This document shows, one piece after another, positions 1 through 11,077 of a stretch of 64,000 nucleotides of DNA (position 1 is the first letter of the stretch; each line of letters opens with the position of its first letter). Location: NCBI RefSeq assembly GCF_001194135.2, contig NC_068983.1, positions 108,210,927 through 108,274,926 on the forward strand, written 5' to 3'. The DNA is from Octopus bimaculoides (lineage: Eukaryota). The notes beneath the pieces were generated by a model, which made no database searches, was not told the origin of the DNA, and worked only from the letters and a program-made list of their open reading frames with translations. A program made the position numbers and the translations under genes.

Positions 1-130
1 TCATAACAAGAAAGCATTCTATTTGCTATGTTCACAATGCATGTCTAATCAACACTTGATTCAATTGCCAAAAGTAAGTAGTCATACAATACTGAAGAAT
101 GAAGAGATAAAGCATGTGATGCATGCAACC

Positions 131-221
131 ATGTGAGTGAGTGAATGAGTATGTGTGTGTGTGTGCATGTGTATGTGTGTGTGTGTGCATGTGTATGTGT
201 GTGTGTGTGTGTGTGTGTGCG
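131..221. repeat. (GT)n-rich compound microsatellite
   Basis: Directly visible; source of the HT-repeat ORFs 32..322 and 45..248. Confidence 0.95.
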
Positions 222-1138
222 TAGTGTCCAATTATTGCAATTATACATTGAAATGACAGAAAACAGTTTGAATTAGATGATTTTATTCTGAATTCTCCAA
301 TGAATTTTGAAATTAGCTCCATTTGAATTCACCAGTCAGTACTGACTGAGGAAATAGTTTAATGAGACGACAAGAATATGATGTACAATAGGATGTGTAA
401 CTAGCATTAGAGCAAATAAACCTCTTAATCCAAAGATCTTAAATCAGGAAAGCAATTCAAATGTTTCTTCAGACTAGCAATGCAGATATCTAGGAAAGCT
501 TATAATGAAATATAAGATTGTTAATAAACAACATCCGAGGGGCTGACTAAGCTATTTCCAAGTGGATGAGATGGTGCTCTCAAAATAAACGCAGTGGTCT
601 TGAAAGTGCAAAAATCTGCAATGCTAGATTACAAGCTATATTAGAAATATGACAAATAACAAGGGATGTCTAGGAATATGATTATACATATCTTTGTGAA
701 TCAACAAATATGCATGAATGCTACTTAAAAAAATCCAGGCCACCTAAAGCTGAAACAATCATTAATTTTATAAAATTCAAGCAACTTGGAAAGAGAAAAG
801 AAAAGCAGTTTTGTTTTTTGTATGAATATGCAAGGTCATGGGATAATATTAATAGCTAATAAGTACAAACTATTATGAAAATGTTTCAAAGATACAAAAT
901 AGAAACTTTCTTATCAATACAGATAGGTCTTAACTAGTTCACCACATACCCTGTTGAAGACACTTATTTTGATCACTATGGAATGGAGCCTTTTCAATAA
1001 TAATAATAGTGATGATCAGACAATAACAGCAGAAAGCATAATATATGTTGAATATGTTAGGGACCCATGAATTCTGATAATAATAACTATTTGATTGCAT
1101 CAACTGTAATTATACTAAATGGCTTCTGTGTATACATA

Positions 1139-1173
1139 TGAGAGAGAGAGTGTGTGTGTGTGTGAGAGAGAGT

Positions 1174-1208
<35 letters not shown>

Positions 1209-1225
1209 NNNNNNNNNNTGAGAGA

Positions 1226-1269
<44 letters not shown>

Positions 1270-1287
1270 GTGAATGTGAGAGCGAGA
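1139..1287. repeat. (GA)n/(GT)n microsatellite spanning a 10-N gap
   Basis: Directly visible; gap at 1209-1218. Confidence 0.95.
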
Positions 1288-2765
1288 ATTGATTCTTCAA
1301 GTTGAAATATAATAAGATATGTTTCTGTTTATGCTAATTGTACATAAACATAAACGTCTCAGTGCCAGTTTATAGTTTATACTTGTATGTTAAGATTAAT
1401 CCCACATTTTGAGAAATGCAAAATATGTCTTTTATGATTTTGTTACAATTTCTTCAAAGCTTATATCATTTTTGAAAAACATGTAACTTAAAAAGGTAAC
1501 TCTGTCTTCTGAAGCTGTTTTCATCATCATCATCATGTAGGTGTAAATATTGAAAACTGATGGAAACATTCCTTAATTTTACAATTATGTTACTGCTAAC
1601 AACAGTTAAATTTTCACACTATAGACCTACTTACAGTAAGATACATCATGTTATTGGAAACACCACAGTCTCAATTTGGAAACAGTGAAAAGACACAAGC
1701 CACCAAGCAAACAGCTAGTTGTCCAATATAGCCTGCTGAATTGTCCAGTCGTTGCTTGCAATTAATAAAAAAATAATGAAACTATAATAGAATATAGTGA
1801 AAAGAAAACAGTGTTTATTTCCCCATTAATCTTTTCAATACCACAACAAATTGACTGAAAGAAGAACAATAGCTTTTACAGCAACTGTCAAAGACTGGCA
1901 ACACATCTTGAAACATAACCAAGTAGCTAGCTGGGAGAGTATTGTAAAATGTCAACACTCAATATATGTTTCAAAATGAAGGATTATATAAGAATTAGAT
2001 AAATAATCTAACATCCTCAGTCCAGAAGAAGATGGGATATTTGGATAACTGCCATATTATGCTAATTTGTATGGTGCCAAACTTGTTGATGGTTTACCAT
2101 GCATGATGATCATGAGCTGTACTAATGCCAATGGGTTTCTAAGGAAAGCAGCACTGTTTATGTGGGAATGAAATGATCACTTGAGGTTACTGATTAAAAT
2201 TCAATATGAAGCAGATATTGTTTGCTTATTTTTTCTTTCAATGAAGCTGTTATAATTCTCTATGTAAGAAGAATAAATGGAATGATCATTAATAGAAAAA
2301 AATTTGTTAATACAGTATTTTTCTTAGACACTATGAGTGTGACTAAGGAGAAAAGTAATGCTCTAATGATAAAAATTACTGCTAAATGAATATGAATGAA
2401 ATAATTGCAAATAGTTATTTCATTTAAGTTCCCAACAAACCAAATTATTTACAAAGCAATAATTAGACTAATTATTAAGATATATATTCTGCAGTCAATG
2501 CTTTATGCCTAGTTTAGTAGTTTGGGCCGTTTTTAAGTTCCTTCTTTGTTAAATTTATATAGTTTTTATTTTTATTTTTACATACATTCATTAACAATAA
2601 CATAAATGTATATATAATCTTGAAGGGGCTCCAATGAGCCAATAAGTTAATTACAATTTTAATGCAAATATTTGTCTTAAATATTTGACTATTTAGGTAA
2701 GAGAAATAGACAAAAAAATGTATTTCTCTGGGAACAAAGTTTAACAAGCATTTCTGGAAATATAC

Positions 2766-2878
2766 CTATAACATATAGCATAGGATTCTCAAATCCATAA
2801 AGGTATGCAAGAGTACTCGCAGTTTGTGAAAACACTGGAATTTTTAAGTAATCACAACCAATGAAATGCAACTTGAGT
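2766..2878 (-). CDS. Weak candidate internal exon of an unidentified minus-strand gene (LKLHFIGCDYLKIPVFSQTASTLAYLYGFENPMLYVI)
   Basis: Acceptor tatattttctag, donor ag/gtatat, 113 nt open in one frame. No homology recognised; could be chance. Confidence 0.2.
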
Positions 2879-3489
2879 CTAGAAAATATATGGAGAAATT
2901 TTGTTATTTATGTTCTCTTATCACTGTGAATAAAGGTTTTCAGTGATGTTTATAACTGAAAACAAATTTTGTAAACAACTGTCAATTAAGAATGATGTGT
3001 CAATGTGCTTCTCTGAAACTGCCTAGGATTGAGTTACTCATTAAGAAGAGCCAAGCTATTCCACCTTCTTAAAAATGTAATAGTAAAGTAAATGAAATTG
3101 ATTTCTTACATAGGTACAAGTTAAGAAATATGAAAGAAAAAACAGTTGAGTATACTGAACTCAGTACTTGACTGATATTTTATAAACTCTGGAAGAGAAG
3201 CAAAGTTGATTACGTTGCAATTTGAACTATTTGAATTAAATTAGATTAATACTAATAATAGATATCTGTTCTATGACATCCAAGCATTTTATGCTGTATT
3301 ATTCACATGAGATATGCCAATGATGAAGGGGTATACTCAACAAAAAGATTTGAGAACCCTTGATACAGTGGATATATTAATTACACATCTATATATTAAA
3401 TTCAGCTGATGTTGAAAGTCAACAAAGTTTGCTTTAGAAGCATTGAGATGTATTGAAAGATATCTATATGTATATATGTATGCATGTGT

Positions 3490-3670
3490 GTGTGATCATT
3501 TAGCATCCACTTTTCCCTGCTTGCATAAATCACATAGAATCTAAGACCACTCCTAACCTGTTTCCAAGCAAAGCAATATGTAACCATAGCTCGATATGTT
3601 TCTCATAGAAGACTGGAAATAAGCAACCTCACCACATTTGTATGATGTTGATGCTCATTTACAACCATCA
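3490..3670 (-). mobile_element. Degenerate SINE/LINE 3' tail of the RTE-tail family ending in (GAT)n-like repeat
   Basis: Related to the tails at 17915, 29771, 58075, 59440 and 63000. Confidence 0.55.
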
Positions 3671-3741
3671 TGCTGTGTCTCAAGAAAGGTAAACACACAC
3701 ACACACACACACACATACACACACACACACACACACACAAC

Positions 3742-3900
3742 AGGCATCTTTCAGTTTCAGTCTATCAAATGCACTCACTAGGCTTTGATTGGTCTAGGGG
3801 TATAGTAGAAGACAGTTGCCCAAGGTGCTGTGCAGTGGGACTGAACCATGACCACATAGTTGGGAAGCAAACTTCACAACAGTACAGCCATGTCTGCACC
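3742..3900 (-). mobile_element. tRNA-derived SINE (GGCTGTGTGGTAAG.. family), preceded by a (CA)n tail
   Basis: Shares ctttcagtttc.gtctaccaaatccactcacaaggctttg..ctatagtagaagacacttgcccaagg with copies at 20655, 22990, 29410, 57518, 57905 and 59210. Confidence 0.75.
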
Positions 3901-3939
3901 TACTACTACAACATACATACACACATAACCTTAAATACT

Positions 3940-4185
3940 GATTTCAAATTTTGGTACAAGACCAGCCGTTTCAAGGAAGGGGATAAGTCAATAACGTCAA
4001 CTCCAGTGTTCAACTGGTACTTATTTTAATGACCCCCACCCAAAAGAATGAAATGCAAAGTTGACCTCAGCAGAATTTGAACTTGGAATGTAAAGACAAA
4101 TGAAATGCCACTAATGCCATTTTACTTAACATAAGCATGTTAAGTAAAATGCTATTTTACCTAACATGCTAATGATTCTGCCAGC
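3940..4185 (-). mobile_element. tRNA-derived SINE with Nin/Inv-like core (most abundant family in the window)
   Basis: Consensus blocks ggcacaaggcc..., actcaactggtacttatttta, aaaggatgaaaggcaaagtcgacc and gaatttgaactcagaa recur in more than 15 places. Confidence 0.75.
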
Positions 4186-4511
4186 CTTACACATATACTT
4201 AAATATTAAGAAGAGATACTGATAGAATAATACAAAATGAAATTGAATAACTTAGTTCAGATAAAGCAGAAAATAATTTATTACAGTTCTCCAGGTAACA
4301 TGCAATTGGGAAAGCAGCTTGGTATGATAGTTTCAGAATGTTAAGCTTTAGAAAAGTTTTAGTAATCAACTATAAAATAAGAAATTTAAGAAACCTAAAG
4401 TAATATTGAAAATTTCGATGTTCTGAATGCATAAGGTTCTGTTTTTGATAAATATTCAGGACTGATAATGAAGTCTGATGCCTTTGGGTTTTCACCATTT
4501 TATTAGAATAA

Positions 4512-4760
4512 AGAGAAGGCACAGTGGTTAGTGGTTAGGATGTTGGACTCATGATCATAAGATTGTGGTTTCAATTCCTGGACCAGGTGACATGTGTTCT
4601 TGAGCAAAATGCTTCATTTCAAGATGCTCCAGTTCACCCAGCTGGCAAAAATGAGTAATGCCATGATGGATTGGTGTCCTGTCCGGGTCAGGAATATATA
4701 CACCATGGAAATCACCCCTATGAATCTGCATGACTTAGGAAGTAACTTCACTCTTACACG
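4512..4760 (+). mobile_element. tRNA-derived SINE with A/B boxes
   Basis: Head ggcacagtggttagtggttaggatgttggactcatgatcataagattgtggtttcaattcctgg is tRNA-like with pol III boxes, followed by a non-tRNA body. Confidence 0.75.
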
Positions 4761-4771
4761 TATGTATATAA

Positions 4772-4816
<45 letters not shown>

Positions 4817-5048
4817 TGTGTGTATACAGAGAGAGAGAGAGAGAGAGAGTTATATCATTCAATAAATCACAAAGATTAATTTCACACAGAGACATGAAAA
4901 ACAATAGTTAAGTAAGTATTAACTTATTTAATTTATGTAGTTTGCATCAACAATGTAATTAGAAATACTTATGTGGTGAGTAAAATATATAAGCTCAATC
5001 CTCCTAATGTTTTTACAGCAAATGCAATGAGACTCTTTTCTTTGGCTA

Positions 5049-5050
<2 letters not shown>

Positions 5051-5100
<50 letters not shown>
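5051..5100. repeat. (TAA)n microsatellite abutting a minus-strand SINE (about 5105-5265)
   Basis: Directly visible. Confidence 0.9.
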
Positions 5101-7105
5101 GCCCTTTCTACTATAGGCGCAAGATCTGAAATTTTGGGGGTGAGGGCTAGTTGATTTCTTTGACCCCAGTACTCAACTGGTACTTATTTCATCAACCCCA
5201 AAAGGATGAAAGTCAAAGCTAACCCCAATGGAATTTGAACTCAGAACACAAAGATGGATGAGATAAGATGTTAAATTAATTTACTAATATTTTTTGATTA
5301 GACACAGCCCATGTTTAACAGAGGGTAAAATCTAGGTTAACACATGTTAAATTGCCTTCACCCAGACTGAAATTACAAAATAGTATCTGCTTTTCAGGAG
5401 ATTACAAGTTACTGAAGAAATTAATGTTTAATAAAATTTATTATGTTGTACTGAGAGGGAAAGAAGAAATAAGTCACTGATTTTTTTTTTTATTTCACTG
5501 ATTAGAGAAAGTGTGCAGATGTAAGATGTAGATTATATATTTCACTTGCTACAGGTTTCAATCAAGAAGAAATGCATTTTGAGAAATCCACTTCTTGATG
5601 TTGAAGGAAATATTGGTGCTAATCTATGATAGAGTGTGAGCCATGAGAGTATGGAGGTGATATTCTTGGTTGGAGTCTTGAAACATTGTTTAATAACTAA
5701 TTTATTATCACTTCAGAAGAAAGGGTCATCACAACAGTAGCCAGAATAGATAATCAATAATTCTCTATGGTTTATCCTTCATGACAAAGTTAATTACACT
5801 AATGTTGATTAAATATGTTGTAGGCAATTTTAAAGTTATGTTGAAAAAGAAAAAAAAACAACTAAAATTCAAATAAAAATAACCTATGGAAAAGTGTATT
5901 TACTATGACAAAGAAAGTATTCAATTATTCACAATAGAGAAAAAAAATTGACTGTAATGTTAAGTAGAAAAATAATGAACAGAAAATTTGTTTGATTTGA
6001 AAATGAATTCAAAACATTATTGAATGTAAATAAGTAGGAAATATATATTATTTCTCAATACTGTTAAATATATTCTTACACAGACACACAAATGCATGCA
6101 CATATATATAGGAGAGAGAGAGACAGACAGACAGAGAGCAAAATATACAAACCTATCATGCACACAATTATATACATAAAAGCTTTACCCATATTAATCA
6201 TTGACACAACACTCTAATACTGATGGCAAAAACTAATATCAGAATTCACTAGGAAATGGTGAGGTGTTTTGATTATTTTATCATTTCATCAATATGTGAC
6301 GATGAACTTGCTTTGTCATCCTGTCACAGTATCATTTTTCTTCAAGTATTAGTCAAAGTGACCAACAGAAAGTATTAATGAAGTTTGAAACTACAAAACA
6401 GAAAAAATATAAAATGCAAACTCAGTTCTTGAGCTTCAAATAATTAATATCAATCCTTTTAATTCCAGTCAAAATCATAAAGAGAGAATAACTAATACTT
6501 AAATAGATGAATGCATATCATAAAAAAGATAGGTATCACTTATATGACAGCAATAAGTAACTTTCCTTCCATAAAATAATTTTGTCTTCTGACAAATACA
6601 AATGATAGCTTCAACAGTCCTCTAATGGGATAGAGGAATAGCAGATCACCAAGTCTCTCTCTCTCTCTCTCTCTCTGTTTCCACCTCTACCCCTCACTCT
6701 CAGTTTACTGTTCACTAAAGAACACACTAACATGAAACACATAATCAGTTGTGGGATTTGTTAGAATCAAGGTATTTTAACATGCAGGACATCATAGATA
6801 CATATACATACAAGGATGTAAATTCACGATCCAATGCAAAGTACTGGGGGAGTCAATGCTGAGAAAAAAAGTTTTAATAATGATATCAGTACAAATGCAG
6901 TAGCTGACAACTACTATGATTCTGATGTAATTGAACATTATGGGTCTACACATGTTCAATCAGACTGCACTAACCCCATTGGGGTTAGCAATAATAGGAA
7001 TGTAAACAATGATAGTAATGTTATTAAATCAAGTCATTCAATTAGTTTTAATGCTACACCTAGCTTATATAATAATAACAATCCTAATAGCCTGGTAACT
7101 CTACA

Positions 7106-7500
7106 ATGTGCAACTGTCATAATAGGGATATCTGTCCACTTAATAATACCTGTTTAACTAGGACTACAGTTTATAAGTATAATGTAACAACTGATACGAA
7201 ACTCTTCACCTACATAGGCTTAACATCTTGCAAATTCAAATCTAGATTGTGTAATCATCTTGCATCATTCAAAAATCACAATAAAGCTTGCATTACATCA
7301 TTGGCAGAAAAAGTGTGGTAACTAAAGGATAGTAATATTCAATTTGAAATTGCTTGAAGCAAGGCATTGCCATATTCAAATGGCATGTATGGTTGTACAC
7401 TGTGCTGTGCAGAATTATATGAGATCTTAAAATATCCAGGTAACCTGCTTAATAAGGCACAGGAACTTAAAATAAAATGCTTACATGACATTAGGCATAT
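7106..7500 (+). pseudogene. Decayed GIY-YIG endonuclease domain of the Penelope-like element
   Basis: VY..YIG motif, Cys/His motif, stop at 7319-7321 and a further stop downstream in the same frame. Confidence 0.8.
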
Positions 7501-8394
7501 ATTTGTTTATTTTAAGCTTGTTGGGTAACATCTGTTATACCATATAACCTACCTCTCCTGGACACTAATCCCTTATACTGTTTCTGATATTATTATTATT
7601 ATCTTTATAATGACATAATATGATGCATGACTTCACACACAATGTCAACATTCTCTTATTCTCTCATTTGTATTTCTCTCACATCCTAATTTTAAATTTA
7701 TATGGCATATTCTGTTTATCTTTTCATTTATCTGCTATATGCCTATTATATCATACCTAACTAATTATCTATTCAACATAGATGATGGCGAGTATATGAA
7801 TTTAACATATAGGCTATACATTTATTATCTATAAGTAAATATATATGGGTGTACATGTGTATATGTAAGCAAAAGTATGTGAATAAGTATATTTGTGATT
7901 TTATTTGTATATTTATGCGCTAAAGGTTCATATATTTCTTTCCTCCTATACTCCACAGGTCTCATTATTATTATCTGATGTCCAATTATGAGATATATCG
8001 AGATGCAATCTAACATACTACTTATTATTATTGTTGTTATTTTACTTTGTGTTGTTATTGCTGCTGTTTATACATGCCTGATTATGATATTTACATTTTA
8101 CTTTAATGTCTGAATTTGTTGTGTGTTCACACTTTTGTGTGAATGTATATATGTATACATTAATAGGATTTTCTGCATATTTGTCTATATGTATGTTTAT
8201 ATTGTGTGTGTATGTAAATAAATATATGTATGTATATATATATTCATTTAAGTGTGTGACTATGTATGTAGATATCTGTGCATATATGTGTATGTGTGTG
8301 TGTGTATCTATATATACATATATGTATTTGAGTGTGTGTGTGTGTGTGTGTGTATATGTTTGAGTATGTGTATCTATGTGTGCACATGTACACA

Positions 8395-8443
<49 letters not shown>

Positions 8444-8804
8444 CATATGAGAGTATGTGTGTTTAATCGTATATGTACTTACTACAAAAGGCACATGAGA
8501 CATCACAAGACTTTTCTCTGAAGTCACCACTCTGAACAATTACCCCTTTCATTTTCTCTTTTCCCTCTGTCTTTTTTTTTTCTCACTGTCTTCCTCGTCT
8601 CTTTTTCTCTATCTATCTAGTCCCATTTGAAGACATAAGTTTAAATAGGGTTCTATGAAGATTTTATTTCCCACTGACTTCTACCCTGAGTGTTTCCATC
8701 ACAGCCAGTTAAATTTAGACAGTTGTTGATATATTTTTCACTCTCTTTCAAGATAGCTAACAAAGAGGGTCATTCAACATCTTGTCATTTATTCTAAATT
8801 TTAA

Positions 8805-8897
8805 TCACCTGATGAAAGCGTTTTTTTTTTTCATGATGTGATTATTATATAATCAAACTCTTCATCGATAAAAATGCATCTGAAACAGCTGTAGTGA
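8805..8897 (+). ncRNA. Type I hammerhead ribozyme (minimal, palindromic helix III) at the PLE end
   Basis: tcac-CTGATGA(8809-8815)-66 nt stem II-GAAA(8882-8885)-CAGCTG-TA(8892-8893)-gtga. Stem I is tcac/gtga; the stem II base is gcgttttt/aaaaatgc. Confidence 0.7.
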
Positions 8898-11039
8898 ACC
8901 ATAAACCCATTTGTGTTCTTCTTCTACACACAGATACATATATTGTATGTTTGTATCTATATATGTGTGTGTGTGTATGTAATGTATTTACATATATATA
9001 TGTTGGCATATGTATGTGTGTATACATATACATATATACATACATACACACACACACACACACATAGATATCTTTTATATGTATATTGGAAAGTTCCACA
9101 AATATATATGATGTATACATTAATGGTGTGCATTCAAACAAATCCTGTCTCATTTCTGCCACTCTTTCACATTTAATACCCAATTCTTACTATAATGCAC
9201 CAACTCAGTTTAAACATTGTCCACAAGAGTTGATTTCCCAGAGAGGAGAAAGATTGTTGTGAGGAGATAGAGGAACATCTCTAACTTTATTTCTTTAATT
9301 TCTTTTTATCATAATTTCAATATTTGGCAGATCTGATTTTATATTGGATACAAAGAAAATAAATTTCTATTGGATATCTGAAGGTGAACATTACAAAACA
9401 TACACTTACAGGTGTGTAATTCAAAATAGAAGTGGTTGAAAGCTACAATGCCTGGATACATTGATGAATAGCTCCTTAAACTCTGATGTGGAGATTATAT
9501 TCAAATCTACCAAAGAAGAAAATATGCCAGTCATATATAAGAGTATCTTAGTTTTTCTTTTAAGCAAATGTTTCATATTAAAGAAGAAGAATTGTATAAT
9601 TTTGTTACATACTTATTTCAAAATCCCAGCAGAGTTAGGCTTTCCTTTGATATTTACAGATTTAATACAAATATCAGCATGGACGAGATTAAATCCAGTA
9701 AATTATACTCTTTCCTAACAAATATGTAGTTTTGTGCAGATGAAAGATATTATCATTAGTAACAGCACCCAGTTTTAAGAAAAGAGCTAAATTTAATTTC
9801 CAGTGCATCAATATTTGAATTTACAACTGAAAAATTCAGAAGCACTTAAATACTAGTAAATCAATCACAATTTGTACACACATAAGCATACGCATCCATC
9901 TGTTCATCCACTTCCCACATATACAGATATTCTTGAGTATAAACATATATCACATACATGACATTATGCTTGCAAAAAGTATTACAAAAGAAAGAGTATT
10001 CAATATATGTAGAGTAAAGTTGGGTTATTTTTTTCTACAAATTTTCTTAGATATGTTATTGTTTCAAATGCTCTTCATACCTTCTCATGAATACCTACTA
10101 ACTGTGATACTTGAACTAATGGAATAGTCAACTTCAACAGTGTGTTAACATTTGTTTGGGTACATAGAAAAGCATGAATATATATATATATATATAACAC
10201 TTAGAAACTTCATTAAGCTTCAGTTGAAACTTTTAAGCTTCATTATAGTTTTTATGCCACTTCCTTTCAGTTGATAAAAGGTTTAATGCCATGATAGTTT
10301 GAGTCAATGATTAATAACATTGTTAGAGTGAATTATATAGGAATGACAAATCAGAAGTAGAATTAAAAAACAAGGCCAGATCAGAAGGAAGAATGTTTCA
10401 TTTGCTGAGAGCATTTATTATAGATTTAGTTCAGTTAGGTATGATAAACACAATGTCAGCTGAGCATTAGGATTGATCACAAGTTGGTTCGAATTAGATT
10501 AGATTCCAATTTGTAGTCAAAAGATAATTCAGTGACTATTGAAGTCAGACAAGCAATTGTACTTAAACTAACAAGTATTTCTGACAGCAGCGCAGTGATG
10601 TTATAAACTAATATCACAAGCATATAGATGACTTTGTGGCAAGTGCCAAGACTTTGATGAAGTACAATAGGTGTGAAGCTGAAGTATTGATGAAATCAAA
10701 CCACAATATGGGCACTGTGTTGTGTCCCTAAGCAAGGCATATTATTTCCTTTCCTTTAGCCTGTCAGGCAACAGGCACTGCACCTCATTAATTGTTAAAT
10801 AATTGGTATAGGGAATGTCATGCAGCATTTACAACAATTCTTTCAATTGCATAAAAACTCAATAGTTGCAAAACTCGTCCCACCCATGCATGAATTTAAT
10901 GAGATGTATGACTAAGTGTCATCAGCATTTTCTTTCTCTCTCATACATACATACATACATGAATAGATGTGTGTATGTGCGTGCATGCATGTGCATGCAT
11001 ATGCATGTGCATGCATGTGCGTGCATGATTCTCTCTCTC

Positions 11040-11077
<38 letters not shown>

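Larger units (their letters stand above)
40..2200 (+). mobile_element. Highly degraded RTE-type LINE remnant, interrupted by microsatellites
   Basis: Broken frames give RTE-like motifs: IRNMTNN near 640 and NILSPEEDGIFG*LPYYANLYGAKLVDG near 2010-2095, which resembles the RTE C-terminal HILRM..DRIP.QLLYGEL..G. Many stops and frameshifts; recognised by eye only. Confidence 0.3.
6750..8940 (+). mobile_element. Penelope-like retroelement (Neptune-type GIY-YIG) 3' remnant with long low-complexity 3' UTR and hammerhead-containing end
   Basis: 7106-7500 translates to CNCHNRDICPLNNTCLTRTTVYKYNVTTDTKLFTYIGLTSCKFKSRLCNHLASF..SLAEKVW*LKDSNIQFEIA*SKALPYSNGMYGCTLC..LLNKAQEL, matching the CNC..CPL..CL..VY..YIG..FK.R..H C-terminal endonuclease of PLEs. 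In-frame stops make it non-functional. Confidence 0.8.
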
